From Candidatus Adlerbacteria bacterium (GTDB lineage Bacteria > Patescibacteriota > Minisyncoccia > Phycocordibacterales > SBAW01), in NCBI GenBank assembly GCA_037135035.1, contig JBAXLB010000002.1, positions 71,680 through 135,679 of the forward strand: a stretch of 64,000 bases of DNA. Reading direction: 5' to 3'. The notes under the pieces are model-generated. The model was not told the DNA's origin. It worked only from the letters and a program-made list of their open reading frames with translations, and ran no database searches. The position numbers and the translations under genes are program-made. This document shows, piece after piece, positions 46,265 to 56,020 of the stretch (position 1 is the stretch's first letter; every line of letters starts with the position of its first letter).

Positions 46265-47101
46265 ATGTTTATGCACCCCGAACAACAATATCTCGATCTA
46301 TTGAAAAACGTGCTTGATAACGGCCAGGGTAAGAGTGATCCGCACGGGGTAGGGAGTATCGCTGTGCTAGGGAGCATGTCACGCTATAACTTAGATGATG
46401 GATTTCCACTTCTCACAACAAAAAAACTTTCCTTTAAGTTTATTGTTCATGAATTGTTGTGGTTCTTGAGCGGCGAAAGCAGAACTGATTATTTGAGGGC
46501 AAATGGCGTTACTATTTGGGATGAATGGGCAACAAAAGAAAATGCTGCTAAGTATGGTTTAGAAGAAGGTGATCTCGGGCCAATCTATGGTCCCCAATGG
46601 CGTCATTGGAAAACCACGACTGGCGGTGAGATAGACCAAATTCAAAGATTAGTTGACGGACTTAAAGAGCACCCAGACTGGCGTCGCCATATGGTTACAG
46701 CGTGGAACCCAGAGTTTGTGGACAGCGTGTTTGTTGCACCGTGTCACGGTATTTTTAAGTGTTTCGCTGTGAATGGAGAACTCTCACTCCATATGTTTCA
46801 GCGTAGCGCAGATGTATTTTTGGGAGTCCCATACAATATTGCGTCGTATTCGCTTTTGCTTATGATGATTGCTCAAGTGACTGGCATGAAAGCAAAAGAG
46901 TTTGTGCACACAACTTCCGATACTCATATCTACAACAACCACTTTGAACAAGCTCGAGAGCAATTAACTCGCCAACCTCTTCCGTTTCCGCGGGTTACTC
47001 TTAACCCTGATATAAAAAATATCTTCGACTTTAAATTCGAAGATTTTACGTTGCACGACTATCAAGCCCATGGAAGCATCAAAGCTCCTATTGCAGTTTA
47101 G
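46265..47101 (+). CDS. thyA: Thymidylate synthase
   Basis: LTTKKLSFKFIVHELLWFLSGESRTDYL; catalytic Cys region (VAPCHGIF). Confidence 0.9.
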   Translation: MFMHPEQQYLDLLKNVLDNGQGKSDPHGVGSIAVLGSMSRYNLDDGFPLLTTKKLSFKFIVHELLWFLSGESRTDYLRANGVTIWDEWATKENAAKYGLEEGDLGPIYGPQWRHWKTTTGGEIDQIQRLVDGLKEHPDWRRHMVTAWNPEFVDSVFVAPCHGIFKCFAVNGELSLHMFQRSADVFLGVPYNIASYSLLLMMIAQVTGMKAKEFVHTTSDTHIYNNHFEQAREQLTRQPLPFPRVTLNPDIKNIFDFKFEDFTLHDYQAHGSIKAPIAV

Positions 47102-47598
47102 CCAATAGGGAAGTTTACAGTTTCAGCTATTCCTTTTTTGTTTAGTTGAGGGGAAATCAAATGAGCGTGTAGATGTGCAACTGTTGCGCCTGTGTAGTCA
47201 GTATCGCCAAAGCGCATATTGAGGGCTCCTCCTTTGAGATCGAATTTTTTAACCGCCCATTTACTTAACTCTAATATCTCCTTGATATCGCTCGTGGAAA
47301 GTTGGACAAGTTTCTCCTTATGTTTTAGAGAAATAATAATAAAGTGTTTCTGGGTATTTTTATACGGCCAACTATTTTCGGTAAGAATCCATCCACGACC
47401 CTTCTTCAATATTGGATGTTTATGATAACGAAAATTTTCTGGGCAGAAAGGACAAAGTTTTGTATCAGCTATTGCGCCAATAACAGCCTTATATTCTGGA
47501 CTTTTTGCAAAGCGCGGATTTACTACGCGAGTGCCTTTTTTAACCGTCATAGAGGGTATAATAGCGTAAAACAACTCTAATGCTACAATCTGGGACAT
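47098..47598 (-). CDS. HIT-superfamily protein (GalT/Ap4A-phosphorylase-like branch)
   Basis: CPFCPEN zinc motif and HLHAHLI histidine triad. Confidence 0.5.
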   Translation of the reverse strand: MSQIVALELFYAIIPSMTVKKGTRVVNPRFAKSPEYKAVIGAIADTKLCPFCPENFRYHKHPILKKGRGWILTENSWPYKNTQKHFIIISLKHKEKLVQLSTSDIKEILELSKWAVKKFDLKGGALNMRFGDTDYTGATVAHLHAHLISPQLNKKGIAETVNFPIG

Positions 47599-47932
47599 GG
47601 AATTCGACGAATACCAAAAGCTTGCTGCCCGGACGGCTGTGTTTAATAAGCAAGACAGCGACTATATCCTGATGTATCTCTCCATGGGCATAGCGGGCGA
47701 AAGTGGTGAAGTGGTAGAAAAGGTAAAACATATTATCCGCGACGCGGGCGGGGTCGTAAGTGAAGAAAAACGAGAAGGGATAAAGAAAGAAATTGGGGAT
47801 GTACTGTGGTACCTCTCACAATTAGCAAAAGAATTAAATCTTTCGTTCGGCGATATTGCAGATGCTAATATTAAGAAGCTTGCGAGCCGACAGGAGCGCA
47901 ATGTACTCAAGAGCGAAGGCGACAATCGATAA
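47597..47932 (+). CDS. MazG-like nucleoside triphosphate pyrophosphohydrolase
   Basis: EFDEYQKLAARTA...GESGEVVEKVKH...EIGDVLWYLSQLA. Confidence 0.75.
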   Translation: MEFDEYQKLAARTAVFNKQDSDYILMYLSMGIAGESGEVVEKVKHIIRDAGGVVSEEKREGIKKEIGDVLWYLSQLAKELNLSFGDIADANIKKLASRQERNVLKSEGDNR

Positions 47933-47988
47933 ATTTCTATGATCTAAGTTTCTGACAATTCTTTTTTACTGATTAACTAGTCATCACT

Positions 47989-49293
47989 ATGGATTCTTAC
48001 GACTTTATAAAAAAACAAGACAGCGAAGTATTTGCAACATTGGAGGGAGAAGAGACACGTGAGAGGGAAGGGCTCGAACTTATCCCTTCGGAAAACTACG
48101 TTTCAAAAGCAGTGCGTGAAGCAAACGGTTCGGTATTCACTAACAAATATTCGGAAGGGTATCCGGGCAAGCGCTACTACGGCGGGCAGACATACACCGA
48201 CCACGTTGAACTTATTGCTATTGACCGCGCTAAAAAACTCTTTGGCTGCGACCATGCAAACGTGCAGCCTTTAGGTGGTGCAAACGCAAACATTGGTGCA
48301 TATTTTGCATGGCTTGAACCGGGCGACACAGTACTTGGTATGGACCTGTCGCATGGGGGGCATTTGACCCACGGCCACCCGGTTACCTACATGTCGAAGT
48401 TGTTTAACTTTGTTCGCTACAAAATGAAAGACCCCGAGACCGGCGAAATTGACTACGACGAAATGCGCGAAGTCGCAAAGCGTGAAAAACCAAAATTAAT
48501 TCTTGCTGGCTACTCGGGCTATTCGCGCGAGCTCGACTACAAAATAATAGGTGAAATAGCAAAAGAAGTGGGCGCCGTTGCTATGGCTGACATGGCGCAT
48601 GTGGCGGGGCTTATTGCTGGCGGGGTACACAAAAACCCGTTTGACTACGGCTTCCAGATTGTGACGACAACCACACACAAAACACTACGTGGGCCGCGTG
48701 GCGGGATGATTATGTCAAAAGGCATTGTGTCTAACCCGATGAAGGCGCCGGAAAAAACGATAGAAAATTTGCCAACACTTATTGACCGCGCTGTGTTCCC
48801 GGGTTTGCAGGGTGGCCCACACATGAACACGACAGCAGCAAAAGCAATTGCGTTTGGCGAAGCGTTGCATCCGTCGTTTAAAACATATGCGGCGCAGATC
48901 CTTAAAAATGCAAAAGCAATGGAGGAAGTCTTCCGGAACAGGGGGGTCCGTATGCTCGGCGGCGGCACTAGTAACCACCTCATACTCGCCGATGTGTTTG
49001 GAAGTTTGGGTGTGCCAGGTAAAGAAGCTGAAGAGGTGTTAGACCGGGTTGGTATTACGCTAAACAAAAACAGCATTGCCGATGACACACGACCGCCGTT
49101 TAACCCGTCGGGCATCCGCTTGGGTACACCGGCCATTACAACGCGCAAGTTGATGGAGGCAGAAAGTGCTCGTGTTGCAGAGCTGATGCTCGACGCACTG
49201 CGTGACCGGGCCGACCAAAGCAAGCTCGACAGCATACATGCAGAGATAAAAGAGCTGTGCGGCAAATTCCCTATACCGGACTCCTTCGTGTAA
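47989..49293 (+). CDS. glyA: Serine hydroxymethyltransferase
   Basis: LIPSENYVS..., PLP-lysine region TTTTHKTLRGPRGG. Confidence 0.9.
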   Translation: MDSYDFIKKQDSEVFATLEGEETREREGLELIPSENYVSKAVREANGSVFTNKYSEGYPGKRYYGGQTYTDHVELIAIDRAKKLFGCDHANVQPLGGANANIGAYFAWLEPGDTVLGMDLSHGGHLTHGHPVTYMSKLFNFVRYKMKDPETGEIDYDEMREVAKREKPKLILAGYSGYSRELDYKIIGEIAKEVGAVAMADMAHVAGLIAGGVHKNPFDYGFQIVTTTTHKTLRGPRGGMIMSKGIVSNPMKAPEKTIENLPTLIDRAVFPGLQGGPHMNTTAAKAIAFGEALHPSFKTYAAQILKNAKAMEEVFRNRGVRMLGGGTSNHLILADVFGSLGVPGKEAEEVLDRVGITLNKNSIADDTRPPFNPSGIRLGTPAITTRKLMEAESARVAELMLDALRDRADQSKLDSIHAEIKELCGKFPIPDSFV

Positions 49294-49302
49294 AGTATAG
49301 GC

Positions 49303-50400
49303 ATGGCACGCCTCAATAGACTGGTAGAACTCTGGAGCCGATACGAAAAGCGCTTGGCGGCCGTTACCGTCCTGTGTGGTTTTACGTTTGACCTGATTCT
49401 TGCCAAGCGCCCAGACAGTATCCCGGATAATATTCTCCTGCTTTTTTACCTGTCTACTGCTGCGACAATAATTATTTTTTTGAACCGCCGCAGTATGGAA
49501 GAGGCCACAGGCGACAAAAAAGTAGAACCGCTCTTTTTGCTGCTCGTGCTCCAGTTTTGTTTTGGAGGGTTGGCAAGTAACTTGCTTATCCTCTACGGTA
49601 AGAGCGGCTCGTTCGGAGGCAGTGTATTTTTCTTGGCACTGTTGGTGTGTTTGCTTGTTGGTAACGAACTGCTCAAAAGCCGCTACGCGCAGCTGCGCTT
49701 TAATATCGCGGTGTATTACTTTTTGCTGCTGACGTACATAGTTATCGCATTGCCAACCTTTGTTTTACACACAATAGGTACAAGCACATTTTTGATAAGC
49801 ACTGCGGTAAGTCTTGCTGTTATGGCTGGCGTACTGTCGCTGCTTAGAATATTTGCACTGCGGGGACCCGACAAAAAACGCCAACTATGGGAAATGCGCG
49901 CAGTTATTGTCGCAATATTTACGGTGTTTAATATATTTTATTTTTTAAACGTTATACCGCCGGTGCCGCTTTCGCTTAAAAGTGCAGGAATTTACCATTC
50001 CGTAACGCGCACCAGCACAGGCGACTACGCAGGAGTGTATGAAAAAAAGAAGTGGTACGAATTTTGGCGCGACACTGCCGACACCTACACCGCAGCAGTA
50101 GGGAGCCCTGCGTACTGTTTTAGTGCGGTGTTTGCGCCGGGCGACTTGTCGACCCCGGTGGTACATGTGTGGGAATATTTTGATGTACCAAGCAACAACT
50201 GGCAGCAAATTTCGCGTGTGCAGTTTCCTATAAACGGCGGTAGAGCAGAAGGGTACCGAGGCTTTAGCATTACAGAAGCATTGAGGCCGGGGGATTGGCG
50301 CTGCATGGTAGAGACAACAAAAGGTCAAATTATTGGAAGCATCACATTTACGGCAGTCATTTCCAGCAGTACTCCGGCACTTTCCACAACCACCCTCTAG
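49303..50400 (+). CDS. Hypothetical polytopic membrane protein (DUF2914-like C-terminal domain)
   Basis: 6-7 TM then soluble domain; no catalytic motif. Confidence 0.4.
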   Translation: MARLNRLVELWSRYEKRLAAVTVLCGFTFDLILAKRPDSIPDNILLLFYLSTAATIIIFLNRRSMEEATGDKKVEPLFLLLVLQFCFGGLASNLLILYGKSGSFGGSVFFLALLVCLLVGNELLKSRYAQLRFNIAVYYFLLLTYIVIALPTFVLHTIGTSTFLISTAVSLAVMAGVLSLLRIFALRGPDKKRQLWEMRAVIVAIFTVFNIFYFLNVIPPVPLSLKSAGIYHSVTRTSTGDYAGVYEKKKWYEFWRDTADTYTAAVGSPAYCFSAVFAPGDLSTPVVHVWEYFDVPSNNWQQISRVQFPINGGRAEGYRGFSITEALRPGDWRCMVETTKGQIIGSITFTAVISSSTPALSTTTL

Positions 50401-50417
50401 CTGCTACTGTATGCAGT

Positions 50418-52028
50418 ATGGTCCGGAATGATATTGAACAGGCAATACAAGGCGCACTGAAGGCTATGGGAGCCGGGGAAGTAGCTTTTGTGGTGGAGCG
50501 CCCTACTGACATGGCGCATGGCGACTATGCCACCAATGCAGCACTCGCGGCTGCTAAAATTTTAAAAAAGAATCCACGCGATGTCGCAGCAGAGCTGCAA
50601 GAAGCAGTAGGAAATATACAAGGTGTAGAAAAAGTAGAAGTTGCTGGCGCAGGTTTTATAAATTTTTATCTTTCAGCCGATGCACTTACTGAAGTTGTAC
50701 AGGAAGCGAACAAGGAAGGGTGGGGTACCAATGATTTGTATATAGGTAAAAAAGTATTGGTGGAATACACGAGCCCAAATTTATTTAAACCCCTGCATAT
50801 TGGAAATTTAATTGGTAATATTTTAGGAGAAAGCATCGCACGCTTATTCGAGACAAGCGGCGCAGATGTTAAGCGGCTAAACTATCCGTCTGATATTGGT
50901 CTTACTATTGCGAAAGGCGTATGGGGCCTACAAAAATTAGGTTTAAATCCTGAGATATTAAGCGAATTAGCAACAGCCTACGTTGCGGGAAATGAGGCAT
51001 ATGAAAGTGGAGTAGGAAAAGAAGCAATTGAAGAAATAAACCGTGCACTCTATGCAGATACAAACGCAGAATGGAGCTCACTACGTGCGCAGGGTATCGC
51101 GACATCTCTTAAACATTTGCATGAGTTGCTGGTACGGCTTGGTACAAAGGGTTTTGACGGAGAATTTTTTGAAAGCCAGTCGGGCCCGATTGGGCAGAAG
51201 TTAGTGAAAGAAAACGTTGGTGGTGTATTTGCCGAAAGCGAAGGAGCGATTGTGTACCACGGCGAACATACACGTGTGTTTTTGAATTCGCAAGGGCTGC
51301 CAACATATGAAGCAAAAGAAGTCGGGCTTTTTGAGTTGAAGTCGGGAGCCTATCCGACGTTTGATATTTCCATCACGGTAACAGGTAAAGAACAGACTGA
51401 TTTCTTTAGAATAGTATTTGACGCAATACGAAAACTTTTTCCGGGTAAGACGAATGGAAAAGATTTGATCCATATCCCAACAAGTTTTTTGAAATTGACT
51501 ACAGGCAAGATGTCGTCGCGGTTAGGTAATGTCATTACGGGGGAGTCGCTGCTCGCGGATTTAACCGATGCTGCTCGTGGTCGCGAAGATGTTGCTGTCG
51601 GGGCTTTAAAATTTACTGTGCTTAAAAGTGGAAGCGGTAAAGATATTTTATTTGATCCTGAAAAATCGCTGTCGCTCGAAGGTGACTCGGGTCCGTATGT
51701 GCAGTATGCACTTGTACGTGCTCGCGCACTTTTGCGGAAAGCCACTGAAGCGGAAGTGGTGCAAAAAGAAACTGAACCCAGTGAACTTGAGCGCTTGCTC
51801 GTACATTTCCCTGACGTAGTTGTGCGTGCGGCGCGGGACTTGGAGCCTCATCATGTGGTGACATATGTGACAGAGCTTGCCGCTGCGTTTAACAGTTGGT
51901 ACGCACAAGAGCGTTTGATAGTCGACGGAAAAGTCTCTGCCCACGCACTGGCGCTTGTTACTGCTGTTGAACACACGCTCCACAAAGGCCTGACTGTTTT
52001 GGGCATACCGGCACCCGAGGAAATGTAG
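50418..52028 (+). CDS. argS: Arginyl-tRNA synthetase
   Basis: HIGN motif (FKPLHIGNLIGN), Add-1 N-terminal domain, DALR anticodon-binding domain; start at MVRNDIEQ. Confidence 0.9.
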   Translation: MVRNDIEQAIQGALKAMGAGEVAFVVERPTDMAHGDYATNAALAAAKILKKNPRDVAAELQEAVGNIQGVEKVEVAGAGFINFYLSADALTEVVQEANKEGWGTNDLYIGKKVLVEYTSPNLFKPLHIGNLIGNILGESIARLFETSGADVKRLNYPSDIGLTIAKGVWGLQKLGLNPEILSELATAYVAGNEAYESGVGKEAIEEINRALYADTNAEWSSLRAQGIATSLKHLHELLVRLGTKGFDGEFFESQSGPIGQKLVKENVGGVFAESEGAIVYHGEHTRVFLNSQGLPTYEAKEVGLFELKSGAYPTFDISITVTGKEQTDFFRIVFDAIRKLFPGKTNGKDLIHIPTSFLKLTTGKMSSRLGNVITGESLLADLTDAARGREDVAVGALKFTVLKSGSGKDILFDPEKSLSLEGDSGPYVQYALVRARALLRKATEAEVVQKETEPSELERLLVHFPDVVVRAARDLEPHHVVTYVTELAAAFNSWYAQERLIVDGKVSAHALALVTAVEHTLHKGLTVLGIPAPEEM

Positions 52029-52067
52029 GGACGGGCAAAAATAGCCCTACAGTGCTATATTTTTGAT

Positions 52068-55000
52068 ATGGATGATTTGAAGCAGGGCGGGGAAGAGCTG
52101 CACCCAGAAGCGGTGCATAAACCAAAAAGTACTTTTGCCGTACGGGAGGAAAAGACTCTCGCGTTTTGGGAAGCACAGGACATATTTAAAAAATCGCTCG
52201 AGAAGCATGCGCCTAAGGGCGAGTTTGTTTTCTACGATGGTCCGCCGTTTGCAAACGGCTTACCTCACTATGGGCACTTGCTCCAAAGCACAATAAAAGA
52301 CGCCATACCTCGCTACCGCACGATGCGGGGGTACCGTGTGCCGCGCCGCTGGGGATGGGACTGCCACGGTCTACCGGTTGAAAACTTGGTAGAAAAAGAA
52401 TTGGGGTTTAAGTCTAAGCGCGACATTGAAGAGTTTGGCATTGCAAATTTCAACAAAGCTGCTCGAACAAGCATCATGAAAGATGTTGCGGACTGGAAAC
52501 GAATTATCCCACGCATCGGACGCTGGGCTGACATGGAGAACGACTACAAGACGATGGACTCGACCTATACCGAGTCTGTCTGGTGGGCGTTTAAAAATTT
52601 GCACAGTCGCGGACTTATTTACGAGGGCTTCAAGGGCATGCATTTTTGTCCTCGTTGTGGAACGACGCTTTCCAACAACGAAGTGGCCCAAGGCTACATG
52701 GACATTGAAGACATTGCGGTCACAGTAAAATTTCCACTTGTAGACGAACCGGAAACATCCATACTTATTTGGACCACCACTCCCTGGACCTTGCCGGGCA
52801 ACACTGCAGCTGCAGTAAACGCCGACGCTGTATATGTAAAAGTCCGCACAGACGAAGGCTTTGTTGTTGTTGCGAAAGAGCTTATGACAAAAGTGCTTGG
52901 CGAAGATGCAAAAATATTTGCCGAGATACTTGGAAAAGACCTGGTAGGTAAACGATACAAACCGCCATTTAGTTATTTCGAACATACGCTCCATAAACAT
53001 AAAAGCCACGCGTATAAAATATACGCCGCACCGTATGTGACGCTTGAAGACGGCACGGGCATTGTCCACCTTGCACCTGCCTACGGCGCAGAAGACTTGA
53101 TCTTTGCCCAGAAAGAAAAAATTCCGCTTATCCAACACGTCACTGACGAAGGTAAATTTATCGCAACGGTCACCGACTTTGTAGGGCTCTCGGTCAAACC
53201 AAAAGGTCGCCATATGGAAACGGATGCAAAGATTGTAGAGAACCTGCACGCCCGTGGGTTGCTTTTCCATCAGGAAAAAATAACTCACTCATACCCGCAC
53301 TGCTGGCGCTGCGACACACCGCTCCTCAACTGGGCTGCAAATTCCTGGTTTGTAAGTGTTTCAAAAATAAAACCAAAATTGTTGGCACAAAATAAAAAAG
53401 TTTCTTGGGTGCCGAAAAGCACGGGAGAAGGGCGTTTCCAAAAAGGTCTTGAAAGTGCGCCTGACTGGGCAATTTCCCGCAGCCGTTACTGGGGCGCACC
53501 GCTACCAGTTTGGCGCCACAGCAAAACCAAAGAATTGAAAGTGATGGGCTCTGTTGAAGAGCTGTTACAGGTTGTGCGCCGCTCAGGTAACAAATATTTT
53601 GTAATGCGCCACGGCGAAGCACAGTCAAACGTCGACAATGTGGAAGATATCGAAGGTGACCCAAATAACCACCTCACCAAGAAAGGTAAGGCACAGGTGT
53701 TGTCTGCTGCACGAGCACTTGCTTCAAAAAAAATAGACATGATAGTTACGTCGCCTTTTGTGCGGACTAAAGAAACAGCGCACCTCTTGGCGAACGAGTT
53801 TGGCCTGCCTGAGTCTGCAGTTATGGTGGACACTCGTTTGGGAGAAGTAGCCCATGTAACACCTGAACTTTGTCGCAATGTAGGCGAATTTATTTTTGAA
53901 ATTGAGAGGCGTTACAGCGGCAAAAACATACTTGTAGTTTCGCACGGCGGCGCTATTTGGGCATTGCAGCAAGTAGTTGGGCGCCAACCGACGACAGGTT
54001 TTTACCGCACAGCTATGCTCGGTAATGCAGAGTGCGCAGAACTACCGTTTGTGCCGTTCCCACATAACGAACAGTACGAACTTGACCTGCACCGGCCGTT
54101 TATTGACGACATCCTGCTTGGGGACTCTTTGGCGGGGGAGTGGAAGCGTGCCCCCGATGTGTTTGATTGTTGGTTTGAGTCGGGTTCGATGCCGTACGGG
54201 TCTAACCACTATCCGTTTCAAAAAAACAATTTCAATCCGAAAAAAATGTTTGGATTGATGCCAAAGGGATACCCAGCCGACTTTATTGCAGAAGCTGTTG
54301 ACCAGACACGTGGCTGGTTCTACTCGCTTATTGTGCTCGGGACGGCGCTCTTTGGGAGGTCGCCATACAAAAATGTTATTACGACAGGGCTCATTAATGC
54401 GAGCGACGGTAAGAAGATGAGTAAACGATTGAAAAATTATCCTGACCCGCTTGATCTTATCGACAAATACGGAGTTGACTCGCTCCGCTATTACATACTG
54501 TCGTCACAACTTGTCCGCGGTGAAGACCTGAGTTTTAAAGAACAAGGGGTTGAAGAAGTTTCAAAAAAACTCCTGATGCGTTTGGACAACGTCGTGTCGT
54601 TCTATGAACTGTATGCAAACAGCACGACCCGCTCGAATGAAAGTACACACGCACTCGACCGGTGGATTTTGTCGCGGTTTGGGGAGTTGACCACACAAAC
54701 CACTGCAGGGTTTGAAAGTTATGAGCTTGATGCGGCGACACGCCCGCTCGCATTGTTTATCGACGACCTCTCTACGTGGTACCTGCGCCGTTCTCGTGAC
54801 CGTTTTAAAACAGATGGGGAAGGGAAGGTGCAGGCGCTCGCTACATTGCGCTTTGTGTTACACACGCTTGCACACACTATGGCGCCCGTGATGCCGTTTT
54901 TTGCCGACGAGTTGTTTGGCCGTATGAAGGAAGAAGGTGACCCAGAGAGTGTCCATTTGTCGGGTTGGCCTGCCGCAGAAAAAGTAGATACAGCGCTGCT

Positions 55001-55418
55001 TGCCGACATGGTCCGCGTGCGCGAGGTGGCGTCGAAGGGGTTGGAGTTGCGCGAGTCTGCGGGTATAAAAATTCGCCAGCCTCTTGCTGCGCTTGTGGCA
55101 AAACAACTTCCCAACGACGACGGCCTACGCGCACTTATTAAAGACGAATTAAATGTAAAAAAAGTAGTAGAAGATGTCGCACAAGTAAACGATGTTTCGC
55201 TCGACACAGAACTGACTCCAGAATTAAAGGAGGAGGGTGTCGTACGCGACTTGGCGCGCCGCATACAAGAATGGCGCAAAGAGCAAAAACTAACTATTGC
55301 CGACAGGCCCGTCTGCACACTTCTAGTCTCTGCGGAAGAAAAAATAGTTGCTGAAAAAAATAAAACAGCTCTTATGGCCCAGACTGGCCTAGAGGACCTG
55401 CAGTTGGTGGTGAAGTAA
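52068..55418 (+). CDS. ileS: Isoleucyl-tRNA synthetase (type 2) carrying an inserted histidine-phosphatase domain
   Basis: HYGH, WDCHGLPVE, editing domain, RSRYWGAPLPVW, DVFDCWFESGS, KMSKR; ~170-aa RHG/SHGG phosphatase-fold insertion at 53571..54078. Confidence 0.9.
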   Translation: MDDLKQGGEELHPEAVHKPKSTFAVREEKTLAFWEAQDIFKKSLEKHAPKGEFVFYDGPPFANGLPHYGHLLQSTIKDAIPRYRTMRGYRVPRRWGWDCHGLPVENLVEKELGFKSKRDIEEFGIANFNKAARTSIMKDVADWKRIIPRIGRWADMENDYKTMDSTYTESVWWAFKNLHSRGLIYEGFKGMHFCPRCGTTLSNNEVAQGYMDIEDIAVTVKFPLVDEPETSILIWTTTPWTLPGNTAAAVNADAVYVKVRTDEGFVVVAKELMTKVLGEDAKIFAEILGKDLVGKRYKPPFSYFEHTLHKHKSHAYKIYAAPYVTLEDGTGIVHLAPAYGAEDLIFAQKEKIPLIQHVTDEGKFIATVTDFVGLSVKPKGRHMETDAKIVENLHARGLLFHQEKITHSYPHCWRCDTPLLNWAANSWFVSVSKIKPKLLAQNKKVSWVPKSTGEGRFQKGLESAPDWAISRSRYWGAPLPVWRHSKTKELKVMGSVEELLQVVRRSGNKYFVMRHGEAQSNVDNVEDIEGDPNNHLTKKGKAQVLSAARALASKKIDMIVTSPFVRTKETAHLLANEFGLPESAVMVDTRLGEVAHVTPELCRNVGEFIFEIERRYSGKNILVVSHGGAIWALQQVVGRQPTTGFYRTAMLGNAECAELPFVPFPHNEQYELDLHRPFIDDILLGDSLAGEWKRAPDVFDCWFESGSMPYGSNHYPFQKNNFNPKKMFGLMPKGYPADFIAEAVDQTRGWFYSLIVLGTALFGRSPYKNVITTGLINASDGKKMSKRLKNYPDPLDLIDKYGVDSLRYYILSSQLVRGEDLSFKEQGVEEVSKKLLMRLDNVVSFYELYANSTTRSNESTHALDRWILSRFGELTTQTTAGFESYELDAATRPLALFIDDLSTWYLRRSRDRFKTDGEGKVQALATLRFVLHTLAHTMAPVMPFFADELFGRMKEEGDPESVHLSGWPAAEKVDTALLADMVRVREVASKGLELRESAGIKIRQPLAALVAKQLPNDDGLRALIKDELNVKKVVEDVAQVNDVSLDTELTPELKEEGVVRDLARRIQEWRKEQKLTIADRPVCTLLVSAEEKIVAEKNKTALMAQTGLEDLQLVVK

Positions 55419-55419
55419 G

Positions 55420-56001
55420 ATGCATACCATTGTCGCAACAGACGGCATAGTGCTTGGGAAGCGTGGTATTGGTGAGGCCAATACGAGTATCTTTCTCCTA
55501 ACAAAAGACGTGGGGTTGGTGCGTGCGTCGGCTCGTTCCGCCCGTGTTGAACATTCGAAGTTGCGTTACGGGCTCGAGCCCCTGACACAGGGCAGGTTTG
55601 CCATGTTGCGCGGTCGCTATGAATGGAAGTTAACTGGTGTCGAGCACTTGTCGCGCGCGTATTTTGGACAGACGCTTTTACAGCGTCGGGCGGCGGGTCG
55701 TGTTGCGCGTTTGCTCCTGCGGCTTATTAACGGGGAAGAGCCAGTGCCAGAATTGTATACAACTGTGCGTGGAGGGTTTGCGTATATGGCGGGAGGTTTG
55801 GATGAGGCAGAAATTGAGAATGCAGAATGCGTACTTGTACTGCGCGTACTTTCGCATTTGGGATATTTGGAACAGACTGAAATAAGTATGCCGTTTGTGG
55901 CAAACAACGAATTTTCTCCTACGGTAACTACAGAAGCGCGGGCGCTCCGCCCGGCGCTTATACGCGTTATTAATGAGTCGCTCGGGGCCAGCGGACTGTA
56001 G
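55420..56001 (+). CDS. recO: DNA repair protein RecO (short, OB-fold N-terminal portion)
   Basis: N-terminal OB-fold pattern GIVLGKRGIGEANTSIFLLTKDVGLVRASARSAR. Confidence 0.55.
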   Translation: MHTIVATDGIVLGKRGIGEANTSIFLLTKDVGLVRASARSARVEHSKLRYGLEPLTQGRFAMLRGRYEWKLTGVEHLSRAYFGQTLLQRRAAGRVARLLLRLINGEEPVPELYTTVRGGFAYMAGGLDEAEIENAECVLVLRVLSHLGYLEQTEISMPFVANNEFSPTVTTEARALRPALIRVINESLGASGL

Positions 56002-56020
56002 GGTATTGTATACTTCTGGA

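Noticed and set aside
48645-49406. 253-aa minus-strand ORF inside glyA
   Set aside because: Antisense to SHMT; Ser/Arg-rich translation
52371-53288. 305-aa minus-strand ORF inside ileS
   Set aside because: Antisense to a gene with unambiguous IleRS motifs; Phe/Cys-rich low-complexity translation
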